This document shows positions 11,757-24,000 of a DNA stretch of 64,000 bases, one piece after another. The DNA is taken from positions 62,001-126,000 of the forward strand of contig NIVC01002760.1 in the NCBI GenBank assembly GCA_002269645.1. The letters are read 5' to 3'. The notes under the pieces are model-generated. The model worked only from the letters and a program-made list of their open reading frames with translations, did no database searches and had not been told where the DNA came from. Within the stretch, counting starts at the first letter, position 1, and every line of letters begins with the position of its first letter. Position numbers and translations under genes: made by a program. Source of the stretch: Macrostomum lignano (taxonomy: Eukaryota).

Positions 11757-12920
11757 TCAACGCTTGACTTCAAACTTGACGTCTTTGCACCCGTTGGTTG
11801 TTTCGCAAGAGTCTGAAAACGAAAAAAATGTCAGTAAAGATATCTGGATTGTGAAATATTTTATTTGAAACTTTCTATTTGGTAGAGAAGGAACAGCTTC
11901 TTACCAGCAGTGCAGCAGATGCCTCTGGAAGCGCAGCGACCCTTGCCTCCTAGACAGGCAGTGGCGACGCGACCGCAGCCAAGGACTTTCGCTGGCAGAC
12001 GGCGGCACGCGGCGGTGTCCGGGCCGAAGCCGACGCGACATCCGCCGTGGGGGTGACAGCAGATGGCGCGGCCGAAACAGCGGCCCCAGCCGTGGGAGCA
12101 GCTCAGGCAGGGACCGTTATTGGTATTGGTTGCCGGTACATGACTGCCTGCAGGTTTGAAGTTATGGTAGAATTTAAAATACCTGCGTTTGGATTCGGCG
12201 TGCCGTTACATTAATTTGAGGTTCAAGGCCCAGGGCTGGCTGGCCATCTCAAAATGCCCACAGTGTGCATACTGTTGTAGCACAGTGATAGAGCGTCGGA
12301 CTCACGACTTGAAGGTCGGGAGTTCGATTCCCGATCCCACTCGGAACAATTTGTGTCCTTGAGCAAGGACAACTTAACTCTGCATTGCTTCAGTTCGCAA
12401 AGCTGTAAAATGGGTGCCAGCATTAGCTGGGGTAATTGAGGCTGTGTGTGGCGACCCCCCCCCCAGTCCTTGGACTGAACAGCCGTACGCAGTCTTCAGA
12501 TGCGCCGTGCAATAGCTGCGGCTGAGCTGTCGGTTGCACATCTGGCCCAACTGGGGGCAGGTGCAATCATTTATTATTATTATACTGCTTTACACTCAGA
12601 GTGTGTACCTGTGTGGTCAGGTGTCCGTGGAATGGCATTGACTGCTGGACTTCTTGCTGACGGCTGTGGTTATTAAAGCCCCCCCTTCTGATGAGTTGCC
12701 TGTTTGGCTTCAAATTTCTGAAGATTTTTAACGTGACTGCCTGCGACTCACCAATTTCATCAGCTTTCATCGACGCCAATTCAAACTCGTCTATCGAGCG
12801 TTTCTTTTTGCCGCCTGGCGCACAGTTTTCCATGAAACAGGCGCCGCAGCAATGCAACAGGTATGCCAGGCACAGAAGAGCCACGAGCTTGCGTTGAGCT
12901 GTTGTCGTCTTGTAGGCCAT
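11757..12920 (-). CDS. Oxytocin/vasopressin-family prepropeptide: signal peptide + nonapeptide CFMENCAPG-amide + neurophysin, 155 aa
   Basis: join(12920-12752, 12147-11905, 11812-11757) = 169+243+56 = 468 nt, both introns phase 1, GTGAGT/CTGCAG and GTAAGA/TTTCAG. Translation: MAYKTTTAQRKLVALLCLAYLLHCCGA-CFMENCAPG-GKKKR-SIDEFELASMKADEIGSHVPATNTNNGPCLSCSHGWGRCFGRAICCHPHGGCRVGFGPDTAACRRLPAKVLGCGRVATACLGGKGRCASRGICCTADSCETTNGCKDVKFEVKR*. The 14 neurophysin cysteines follow the canonical spacing pattern. A probable 5'UTR intron lies at 12930-13035. Confidence 0.93.
12272..12582 (+). mobile_element. tRNA-derived CORE-SINE, copy 1 (in intron 1 of the oxytocin-like gene)
   Basis: A/B-box head (GGAGTTCGATTCC), MIR/CORE-like TGTGTCCTTGAGCAAGG..ACTTAAC..CTGTAAAATGGG, a 3' body shared with copies 2 and 3, and a TTA-repeat tail. 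Confidence 0.8.
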
Positions 12921-13682
12921 TGTTAGTTTCTGTAAAATAGAACGAGAAGTATTCGATGGTAGCTGATACTATCGAAAAAAGCTATACAGAACTCTTAACG
13001 GTTCCTGGATATTGAAAAGCTGGTAGTCAACTTACCGGTTGCCGGTTCTTGCCCTGTCTTTTATAGACATTTTCAAGCCGCGAGTAGATGGCTTGGGCTT
13101 TGGAGGCGGCGATTTTGTCCCCAATTGGAATAATTATTCCCAACATTTGAAGCTCAAGTTTCATTTGCCCAAATTTGAAATTGGTCCATTTTTCTCATCA
13201 GCAGTTATAAAATTCAGTGAAAGAAGAAAATTGTCGAAACTTTTTGCCCAATTACTGAAGGGGCTCTCGGTAAAAGAAAAAACGCCTCTTACAAAGCCCC
13301 TAACAAATTCTTAGAATAAAAGTTTTCGCCTTTCATCTCACATGTTTATACAATTTATACTTTCGTTGTAATTTCTCGTAAATGAAAACTGTCGTGTTTT
13401 TTATTCTCGTTTGTTTTTTTTTCTTGCCGTAACAAGAAATTTTGTATCGGATAGAAAATATGGACTGGAAAGCAGTTGTTAGTTAGTCTTGAGGGATGCT
13501 TCTGGGTGTAGTGTCACAAAGTCGCTTTTCGCTGGACCCCTGAGCACGCATACGGATTACTTACTCATGCAAAGTGTACGAGTGGCTTTGAACTTTTCAA
13601 CAATAAAGGATTGCCACAACACGCGGAAAAACCTATAAGAACTGTGGAGCAGAGTCGGTCGTGTTAGGGCTCTGTCGATTTG

Positions 13683-13978
13683 TCATGAATCTCTTAAAGA
13701 TATAGATCAAGATCATGAATCTCTTGAAGATATAGATCAAGATCATGAATCTCTTGAAGATATAGATCAAGATCATGAATCTCTTAAAGATATAGATCAA
13801 GATCATGAATCTCTTGAAGATATAGATCAAGATCATGAATCTCTTGAAGATATAGATCAAGATCATGAATCTCTTGAAGATATAGATCAAGATCATGAAT
13901 CTCTTGAAGATATAGATCAGGATCATGAATCTCTTGAAGATATAGATCAAGATCATGAATCTCTTGAAGATAAATCAA
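13683..13978. repeat. 30-bp minisatellite (GATCATGAATCTCTTGAAGATATAGATCAA)n, ~10 copies
   Basis: Directly visible. Confidence 0.95.
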
Positions 13979-15109
13979 GACTTCAATTTGATAAGTGCAT
14001 GGACCTCTTAAAAGTTCAGGTTTTAACTAGATACATTGACATGTAAATGTTTTCTAGGGGTAACTTTCATGGCATCTCAGAAATCCACCCATGAGCCTTG
14101 ATCCGTATTGTCGATTCCCCCAGGAGTCGTTTATGGTTGAGAGGTCAAATACAAGCGTATTCTATGGTAAAACTGATGTTAACACTGTCCCTAACCTTTA
14201 TGTTTGATATGACGCTTCTTTTATGTTAGAGGTGGCATGACATGGTCCATGAACATAAGCTGTGATTTAGTTGACTCTTTGTGACAGCTTTTCCTTAACA
14301 GAACTGTGACACTTGAGAGCATGGTCTTATTGTCGTTTGCTGCTTCAGTAACACTGCTAATTAATTTGCTAATACATTTGCGTGCTAATTTTATTTTGAA
14401 TGCTTTCATGTTCTCAACTTCAATCAATATACTAGTATTATATTTATATTCTGACTAAGACATTCTCCGTACTGGGTTTGGGGTGGGTGCAAAATTTGGT
14501 GTAATTTGGTTGGGTGGTCCATCGCGAACAAATTTGTACACACACAGACGCTCATATACAGACAGACGGACAAAGTTTTCATTTTTGTTGCTAGAGGTTA
14601 TACCGGTATATTCATAAAACTTTAGTATAAACAATATTATATATAAAGAAAATCATTTTTTTCGATTTTCAGTTAAAAAATTGCCCACTAGCTAAGTGCC
14701 TCGATAATTATAATTAACTACGCAATTATTTAAACAAAAAAGAAGCAATTTTCAATTGCTCCATCTTCTATGCCGAAATTTTTCTGCAAAATCACAGCTT
14801 GCCGATTGCCGATTTGCGACTTGTTTTTATCGCTTCAAATGATTTCCTCCAGCATCTTCATAATTTTAACTCCAATTAAATCTTCCCACACCACAGTCTT
14901 CTTACTAATTCTGCATGCCTGGCGTTTGAAAATTTTGCGCGGAGTTTTTTTCTACTTTGACGTAATCGTTTTCCTCATCGGATAAATTACGGTAATCATT
15001 TCTAAGAAAAGAAAAATAAATTTCTCGATCTTCGACCCACGATTTTCGAGGATGCTTTAATTCTCACTTTTTTTAATTTATTTGCGAGGGATGCGAAGCT
15101 TATTGCCAC

Positions 15110-15322
15110 TTGGGGGTTGTCGAGGATGACAACGTACCGCCACACCAAGCCGATGCTGTTAGTCAACCGAAAGAACAGCTACAGCTGCGCACTCTGCGCT
15201 GGCCTTCCCGGTCACCGGGCATGAATCCCATCGAGCATGTCTGGGACTTCTTAAAACGCAGAATTCGAAAAGAGAATCCACCACAGAATGCTGCGGAGCT
15301 GCGTCATGCCATTGAAAACGCA
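15110..15322 (+). mobile_element. Tc1/mariner DDE transposase relic (C-terminal catalytic part)
   Basis: DDNVPPHQA...WPSRSPGMNPIEHVWDFLKRRIRK..PQNAAELRHAIENA matches the Tc1 QDNAPxH...WPxxSPDLNPIENxW signature. No intact upstream ORF. Confidence 0.85.
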
Positions 15323-15901
15323 TCCCAGATCTCAGATCCCAGATCTCAGATCCCAGATCTCAGATCCCAGATCTCAGATCCCAGATCTCAGATCCCAGAT
15401 CTCAGATCCCAGATCTCAGATCCCAGATCTCAGATCCCAGATCTCAGATCCCAGATCTCAGATCCCAGATCTCAGATCCCAGATCTCAGATCCCAGATCT
15501 CAGATCCCAGATCTCAGATCCCAGATCTCAGATCCCAGATCTCAGATCCCAGATCTCAGATCCCAGATCTCAGATCCCAGATCTCAGATCCCAGATCTCA
15601 GATCCCAGATCTCAGATCCCAGATCTCAGATCCCAGATCTCAGATCCCAGATCTCAGATCCCAGATCTCAGATCCCAGATCTCAGATCCCAGATCTCAGA
15701 TCCCAGATCTCAGATCCCAGATCTCAGATCCCAGATCTCAGATCCCAGATCTCAGATCCCAGATCTCAGATCCCAGATCTCAGATCCCAGATCTCAGATC
15801 CCAGATCTCAGATCCCAGATCTCAGATCCCAGATCTCAGATCCCAGATCTCAGATCCCAGATCTCAGATCCCAGATCTCAGATCCCAGATCTCAGATCCC
15901 A
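15323..15901. repeat. Perfect 14-bp tandem array (CCCAGATCTCAGAT)n, ~41 copies
   Basis: Directly visible. Begins exactly where transposase similarity stops. Confidence 0.97.
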
Positions 15902-16214
15902 TTTGAGTAGTTTCAGAATCTCCAAACCCATTTCAGTAGTTTCAGATTCCCTGTTGGCAGACCTGGCCAGGACCGTGCGCAGCCAGGAGGTCTGGGACGT
16001 CTGCAGGGTCGCCTGCCGCTTCTGACTGTTGTAGGACGATGGCCGCGCTAGAAAAACCCCGTGGCGCAGGTGAGCTGCTTCGTTTCGTTAATTATCTGTC
16101 ACAAACCTTGCAGATCTGCTGGATTTTAAATGCCGATTAACAGTTCTAATTTAACTAGTCCTGAAGTTCAGCCCCAAAATGATTTAAAATATAAAATCCC
16201 AATTCAGAATGCTA

Positions 16215-16645
16215 AAAGTCAAAATCCCAAATCTCAAATCCCAAATCCCACATCCAAAATCCCAAATCCCAAATCCCTAGTCCCATATCCCAAATCTCAA
16301 ATCCCCTATCCCAAATCCCAAATCATAAGTCCCAAATCTCAATCCCAAATCGTAAATCACAAATCTCTAATCCCAAGTCCAAATCCTAAATCCCAAATCC
16401 AAAATCCAAAATCTCAAATCCCACATCTCAAATCCTAAATCCCAAATTCAAAATCCCAAATTCTAGATCTCAAATCCCAAATCTCAAATCCCAAATCTCA
16501 AATCTCAATTCCCAAATCTCAAATCTCAATCCCAAATTCAAAATCCCAAATTCTAGATCTCAAATCCCAAATCTCAAATCCCAAATCTCAAATCTCAATT
16601 CCCAAATCTCAAATCCCAAATTCAAAATCTCAAATCCTAAATCTC
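16215..16645. repeat. Degenerate 7-bp array (CCCAAAT/CTCAAAT)n
   Basis: Directly visible low-complexity array. Confidence 0.85.
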
Positions 16646-16803
16646 ATGTCCGTTAAGTCCAAAGTTTTAGATCCAGAAAGTCTCGAATCCCTAAAAATTC
16701 AAACCACTCTATAATCCTAAACATTCTCCGAAACCAGACCAAACCTTTTGTAGACTGAGTCTTGTAGACTGTAGCCTTATGTTATTAGTTCGCAACTTCT
16801 CAT

Positions 16804-17105
16804 TGGTTGTAGCCTAGTGGTTGGAGCTTCGGATTCACGACGATTCCAGATCCCACTGGAACAATTTGTGTCTTTGAGCAAGACACTTAGTTTAGCTAGC
16901 TCTGCATTGCTTCAGTTCACCCAGCTGTAAAATGGGTGCCAGCATTAGCTGGGGTAATGTTAGTTGTTTTGAGTGGCGACCCCCCAGTCCTTGGACTGAA
17001 CAGCCGTACGCAGTCTTCAGATGCGCCGCACAATAGCTGCGGCTGAGCTGTCGGTTAAGCACATGCATCTGGCCCAACTTGGGGCAGGTGTAATAAATAA
17101 TAACA
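16804..17105 (+). mobile_element. tRNA-derived CORE-SINE, copy 2
   Basis: TGTAGCCTAGTGGTTGGAGC head, GGAACAATTTGTGTCTTTGAGCAAGACACTTAG, CTGTAAAATGGGTGCCAGCATTAGCTGGGG and GTCCTTGGACTGAACAGCCGTACGCAG all match copy 1. Confidence 0.8.
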
Positions 17106-17199
17106 GTAATCGCTATTATATCTCATGCTGTCGGTTTGCTCCGACTACTGACCATAATTACAACGCTATCCGTTCCAACAACTATGAGAACGCCTCTGG

Positions 17200-17632
17200 C
17201 GCTAAAATGAGTGCCTGCGGCGCTAAATGAGTGCCTGCGGCGCTAAAATGAGTGCCTGCGGCGCTAAAAAGTGCCTGCGGCGCTTAAATGAGTGCCTGCG
17301 GCGCTAAAATGAGTGCCTGCGGCGCTAAAATGAGTGCCTGCGGCGCTGAAATGAGTGCCTGCGGCGCTAAAATGAGTGCCTGCGGCGCTAAAATGAGTGC
17401 CTGCGGTGCTAAAATGAGTGCCTGCGGCGCTAAAATGAGTGCCTGCGGTGCTAAAATGAGTGCCTGCGGCGCTAAAATGAGTGCCTGCGGTGCTAAAATG
17501 AGTGCCTGCGGAGCTAAAATGAGTGCCTGCGGCGCTAAAATGAGTGTCTGTGGCTCTAAAATGAGTGTCTGCGGCGCTAAAATGAGTGCCTGCGGCGCTA
17601 AAATGAGTGTCTGCGGCTCTAAAATGAGCGCT
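17200..17632. repeat. 21-bp minisatellite (GCTAAAATGAGTGCCTGCGGC)n
   Basis: About 20 copies. Source of the MSACGAK and ILAPQAL ORFs. Confidence 0.95.
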
Positions 17633-19299
17633 GACAACACCGATTCTCAAAATACTGCACATGTAGAAATTTAGTCATGTGCAGAGTACATTTAAAATTC
17701 CTTGCTTTGTCCCTCCACCATAAAACTCATGGCGATCGACGCCCTCTCTGCTTCATGCCGCAGGGGCAGCTCAGCCTGTGCCTGACCACCATGAGCCTGA
17801 GCCTCTGGTTCTACTCGTACTTTTGATGGCTCCCAGCCCGGCCTATCGCCCGTCCGCGCCTGGCTGCCCTGCATCTTCTTCAGCGGCTCCGACACTAATA
17901 GAAAATTATTGCAAAGATTGCAATCTGATTGTAATTCTTCTTGCGAAAGATTGCAATATAAGTGCAATAATTATAATTGAAAATTACTATTGTTCGGGTG
18001 GGGGAGCGGGGGGTTTGGGGGGCGGCGAGCCCCCCACATTACGCAACCCTACCCAACAATTGCAATTATTATAATTATAACGCAATTTTATTGCAATCAT
18101 TACAATGGAAAAATCAAAGAGTTTTCTCATCCTTGCTTTAATGTGCGCGCACGGTTTGCCTTCAGCTGTTCTCCATGACTTTGCCTGCTTGGTATTGAAA
18201 CTTTCTACACTCGGATTCAGGAAAATAAGTAACACAAACAAAGTTCCAAAAGTTGTAATAACAAAACAGATTGCTATAATAGCTTAAACAGTAGCCAAAC
18301 ACACAGATGGCTTATTTAAGCTAAGGTCTTTAGGTTTTTTAAAAGAACAAGACAGTAAACATTAATTAATATGATTACATAGATTGTACCAAAGTACAAA
18401 TAAACAACACTATTCCGCAGTCCGCAGCCATTAAATTTTATTAGCGTTCAAAACGCTGATATGCTATTACAAACCTATCATAGATATTTAATGTTAGACC
18501 CACCCATTTGCCTGCACTAAAACAGCCACGCAGACCCTGTGTGCCCTCTCTGTGTTAATTTATCTAACTGCCTAACTATGCAAAAAAGCAAATAAGATTT
18601 GTGAGGCGGAAAAATATCACGCCACCACCCAACGCTGCCCCCGAGCACAATGCTGAGCATTATAAATACAATGCAATTGAAAGAGCCGAGGCTCTTCACT
18701 GCCTAGTTTAGTAGAGTTTGAGCTCAAACATAAGAAAAGGGCTTGTCTCAGATCTTCGAAGCTTCTGTCTGTCGTGGCAGAGGGGTAGCAGGCGTGTAAG
18801 GTAGTTGGTGTGAGAGGCCACCAGAGACTACCGATAAACCACCTGTTACAAATTTACTGACCCCCCGAATTTAAACAAAGGCTGTCGATTCGTCCACCTT
18901 TTTAAAGGTTCGCCTGCTTTCGCGTTTTGGGATCTGGACTGCCTTTGCAGCAGCACCAATTCATAGGGGAAAAACATGAGAAATAAACTACAAATTCTCC
19001 CCTCTAAGCCTACACCTCAACTTCATTCAATTTGTCCCTCTCTACAGTCTTCTGCCATCTCCTTCTCTATCCACTCTACTACACCATTAAACTGCTACTG
19101 CCACCAGCATGGTGGATATGGTATGGATTTAGTTAGCTCGTAATTAGTGCTGGCAATGCTTTCTTTTCTCATGTAAGCGAAATTGTGAGCACATTACGAG
19201 CTACCAGCATGCTAATCCAACATTGTACCCACCCTACTTCTACTCTCTACCCTTCTCCTCTTAACTCTACCCTCCCTACTTTGTCCTATCATCTCCTCT

Positions 19300-19670
19300 A
19301 CCGTCTCCTCTCATCTCCCTCCCCGTAAGTCTCTGTCGAAAATATTCTGTCCCTGGAGTCTCGGAGGGGCTCCTCTCGTGACCGAGGTGATCCTCATCTC
19401 CGAGCACTGCCACCTGAAACCCGCGGGCACAGTGGACAGCCGCTGAGCGAATTTCTCTGCTCTCTCCGCACATCTGACCTCCAAACTTTGATAACTTTTT
19501 TAAATGTCTCAAAGGTAAATGGAAACGAGTTTTTTTCAACTGGGGTTTCTCAATGCTACTCAAATTCAAAAAGGCAATATTTGAAGTTGGTGCATAAACC
19601 ACTGAAAGCAAAACAGGATGGACGCGAGACGCTAAGATGACGAATACATGAAAAATACATGTGCGCACAA
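19300..19670 (-). mobile_element. Possible degenerate LINE apurinic endonuclease fragment
   Basis: LLSVVYAPT...QVAVLGD resembles the APE-domain motifs ISVYAPT and VILGD. Similarity is weak and there is no downstream RT. Confidence 0.35.
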
Positions 19671-19789
19671 CATGGGAATAAGTATCTTGTGGGCAAGGTG
19701 AGTGGAAGGGGGCGAGAGAAATCTTGTGCCCAGTGTCCAGGAGAACTTGGCGCGACGCAGGCCTTCCGCTCCAGCTGAGTCGTCAGTGG

Positions 19790-19975
19790 CGGTAGGCAGT
19801 GGACCTGTTGGGGGAGAGGCGGTAGGCAGTGGAGATGCTGGGGGAGAGGCGGTAGGCAGCGGAGCTGTTGGGGGAGAGGCGGTAGGCAGTGGAGATGTTG
19901 GGGGAGAGGCGGTAGGCAGCGGAGATGTTGGGGGAGAGGCGGTAGGCAGTGGAGATGTTGGGGGGAGAGGCGGTT
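19790..19975. repeat. 30-bp minisatellite (GGTAGGCAGTGGAGATGTTGGGGGAGAGGC)n
   Basis: About 6 copies visible. Confidence 0.9.
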
Positions 19976-21001
19976 GGCTTGACTTACTTTGACTTAACTG
20001 CAGGGCTGTCCCGGAGGGGACACAGCGGGAAGGCGCGGGCGCCCATGAGGCGGTTGGCAGTGGAGATGTTTGGGGAGAGGCGGCCGTGCAGGTTGGCAGC
20101 GGACCTCAGCCTACATGTAGGCATGTAGGCTGAGGAATATTCAAAGTGAGGAGGAGAGGGGTAAGGAGTAGGGGTAGGGGTAGGAGGTGAGGAGGATCGA
20201 GAGGGGGTAGATGTGATCGGAGGACAGGAGGTTGGGTTGAGAGGAGTCCTGTCATGATCATAAACTGCACAATTTCACCTCAAAATAATCATGAGGGTAT
20301 ATAGGGGTAGAGTTAATCTAAACTGTGGGGGTCTCTGTGTACAATCTGTATACAAGACTTTATACAATCGAGTTTATAACTATACAACAAAAACCATACA
20401 ATCTTTGGGTCTTGCACCTAAAAGAGTTGACTACATGTATAAGGTCAGGGATGGTAGAGTGAGGAGAGAGGAGTGTAGGCGTTTTGTGACGTATAAAGTG
20501 GCGGCTTCGAGAATAATCGGCGAAGGCAAATAAATACGGCAGTGGCAAATTTGTAGCCGTAGCACTTGGCAGTAACGGCGGCTAATGCGAGCAATGGCCG
20601 CAGACTTCGTTTAGTGTAACGTATGTTATTGTCAACAGAGACAGGTCAAAGTACTAGTTAGGTTCGTAACGATGCACTGGTGGCTACGCAACAATGAGTT
20701 AGATAGTAGAAGGTCGATGAGTTGAGGCAGTGGCGAAGAGATGATGGCGGTGAACGTACGGTGGCGGTGCTCGTAGTGAGAGCTCGAACAGACAGTAGGA
20801 GTGGCGTGACAGAGAGTGGCAGAGGCGTGGTCTAGAACCGTGGCGGAGTGAGGCAGGAAGAGAAGGCAAGAACAAGAGTGCCGGGGCGGCAAGGATCTAC
20901 AGGCGGGGACGCAAAACCCGATTAACCCCGAGCGCACGGCCACACAGGACTGAGAAAGAGTGGGCTGGGGGGGGGGGTGGGCGCGTGAGAACTTAGTATA
21001 A

Positions 21002-24000
21002 TTAACCCGCAACCCCACCAGCAGCAAAAGGAAGGCAAAGGCGGCGGGTTGGCAGCGAGCACAAAGCAGCGACGAGGTGGGGAAGGCGACCCCTTCGGAT
21101 GTTGCACTTATTTTGAGCAATACACGGGCGTACGTCGAATTCGAAATTGATCGATAAAACCGGGGAGAATAAAACAAGAGAAATTAAAAAAAATAAAAAA
21201 TCTGAGCAATTGCACACAGACGGTCAAGCCAGAAAATACTGGGTTTAAGAACCCTCGGCACGCGGCGGAGGGGGGGGCGGAGGAGAGGTGGGCAAAGGGG
21301 GTGGGGTGGGGTTAACACACTTTACACTGAGGCCCACGGAGCAGGCCTAGTGTAAAGTAGACATTAACTCGCAACCCCACAAGCAGCAAAAGGAAGGCAA
21401 AGGCGGCGGGTTGGCAGTGAGCACAAAGCAGCGACGACGTGGGGAAGGCGACCCCAACCCCGAAAAAAGAAGAAGCGGGGGAAGTTAGTGATAATTAATA
21501 GAAGCAGCAATCTGCTGGACGGCGGAGCGCCTGCGGGCAAAAGCTGCATCGTCCGAGAAATAGCGGAAGACGGGGGTCGGAGCGCCAGTCACCAAGGCAG
21601 CGGATGTCGGCCACGGAGAGGCCACCCTGGAAGGCGGCGCTGGCTCCGCCCCTGCGCAGACTGTGGCCAGAGAAGTTTTCCTCAGCAGGGATGCCGCAGA
21701 TCGACAGGCCCCGCTTGAGCAGGCGGATGAAGTTCGAGGCAGCCAACGGGACTCTGCGGGCGCCCAGGACAGCGAAGAGAGGCTGGTGCGGCTCGACAAC
21801 TTGGTTCTCACGCAGATGAGTGGCGAGGGCAGAGACCGGGCAGATCGGTGGGCAGTCGGTGCATTGCGGAAGGAACACCAGCAGCTGACGCTCCTTGAAC
21901 TGGTTCGTCTTGGACTTGCCGATGGTCAGGCGGAGGCCACCGGGGCAGGTCGACAGCACACCGCGGCGCAAAGCAGCGCCAGCAGTAGACGGAAGACGCT
22001 CGCCCAGACGAAGGACGCCCCACAAGGCAACCAGCAGCGCAGCCTTGAAGGCCACGAAGAGGCGCCGCGGGGCAGCAATTGCTGAAGCAGAGGGCTGTTG
22101 CAGAGCAGGCGGAGATGATGCGGCTGCAGTGGCTCTGCCCTGCGTGGCTTTCTGCTTAGTAGATCTCACGGGAGAGGCAGTCCTTCAGCAAATCCCTGGT
22201 GCTGGCGGCCTTGTCCATGGGCAGCGACAGTGTTCCGTCATTTGTGTCGATTTGAACGCCGAGGAAGACCATCCGCTGCGTTGGGGCCGTGGACTTGCTC
22301 CAGTTGATGGTGAAGCCCACTGGCAGGAGGTGCACCAGGTAGTCGTAAGCGCATTCAGAGGCTTCATGTGAGTCGCCGGCAACTACCCAGTCGTCCAGGT
22401 AGTTGACCGTAGCTTGGAAGCCTTGCCTAAGCATGTGGCGATGAATGGCGGCTGAGAGACGGTGAAAGATCCCGCAAGAGACCCGGGCACCGAATGGCAG
22501 CCGGGCGTCGATGAACACCGAGGATTCGGTGTCAGCTGTGCAACGCCAGCTGATGCCTGTCAACGCCTGATCGTCCGGGTGGATGCCGACAGAGCGGTAG
22601 GCCTGCTTCAGATCGACCTTGCCGATAAACGAGCCGGGCCGGATGTGACGCAGCAGATCCTGCACGGAGAATCTCAGACTCCGCTCCTGCTCATAGCTGT
22701 CGTTGACCGAAGAGCCGGAAGGACTGGACAGATCGTGAATTATCCGAACGCTGCCATCAGACTTAGGGATCGCGCCGATAGCATTCACCATGACGCGTCC
22801 GCTAGCGGGTTTTAAGCGGCCAAGGCGGAGCTCTTCGGAGAGTTGCTTGTCAATCTGCTCGGCATGGTCAGTAGCAGAACGGTAGTTGGAAGAATGCGTG
22901 GAGGCAGGCGGAGGCTTGTTGATGAGGCGGAAGCCGTTATAAAGGCCTTTTCGGAGGAATCTCGTCTGGGTCGTTACGTAGCAGAAGATTCCAAGAAGCC
23001 AAGTTCATGTCAGAAGACAGCACCCGATGCGGCGGGGGAGGCGGGTCGGGTTGGCGGGCAGGGGTGAGGGGATGCAAGCAATGGAATGGGGGCGGGCGGG
23101 GGATAAAAGCATGGTGGCTATAAAATAAATCTAGTTTTTTTACCCCTCTGCCGCATCGCTGCTCTGACGATGCAGTTGGGCGGGATGCGGCTTGCCGCAG
23201 CCAGGCAGCTTGCAGACGTGCCGGTACCTGCAGCTGGACCGTTGACAGCCAGCTGTTAAGTTGAAGCTCAGGCAAACGGGCGCCTGCGGCTGCGAGATAC
23301 CTTCAGATTGCGTAGAGCGTTCAGGTGTCGATGGTACAGCTGCGGGGGTTCGCACCCCCACTGATGCAATTCTGACTCGGCCATCAGCTTCCTGTAGTCT
23401 TCATCGAACTCCCACACAACGTTTGGGCTGTAGTTGGCGTCCAGGAGTTCCCCGATCTTCTGGGAGTACAGCAGGTAGCCTCTCAGCTCGCTGGTGTTCA
23501 CAGACCCGTCGTCATTCAGATAGATGAGCGAGCCGTCGTCAATCAGGCGCTGTAGGATTTGAGCATTTCCATAGACCACGCAGGTGGTCAGGCTCTCGCT
23601 TGACTGATTGGCGTTGGGCTTGACAAAGTCTCGGATCAGGTAGGCCCGGCTGCGCTTTCTGGCCGACTGACCGCTCTCTACACCTGCGCAAGATAAAAAG
23701 GCCTCATGCACACCAGCAGGAAAAGCTGTAGGCTCACCTTGAGAGGAGGTAGCAGTCTAACTGATTCCCGTTGAGCTCGCGCTGCAGTTAAGCACGGCGC
23801 TGCGTCAGCGCCTTGATTTCCAGCTCTTCGACCTCCTTCCGCAGAGCCGCCAGGTCGCCAGCCGCGCCCCCCCGTCGCCTCTTGCCCGCCTGTTGACTGG
23901 TCGTCGATGATTCCTGCATCAAGAGTCGAGCCGGAGCTGTCATAGTCGGCTGCAGGAGCTTCAGACTGCAAGTGGCGGCATAGCCGTTCGTAGAGCTGAT

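Noticed and set aside
12272-12345. tRNA genes at the heads of the three SINE copies
   Set aside because: The cloverleaf is degenerate and continues into a shared SINE body, so these are tRNA-derived rather than functional tRNAs.
12567-12751. C-terminal half of ORF 12567-12920 as part of the neuropeptide precursor
   Set aside because: It is intron read-through. A consensus donor at 12751 gives the only phase that joins to the neurophysin exon.
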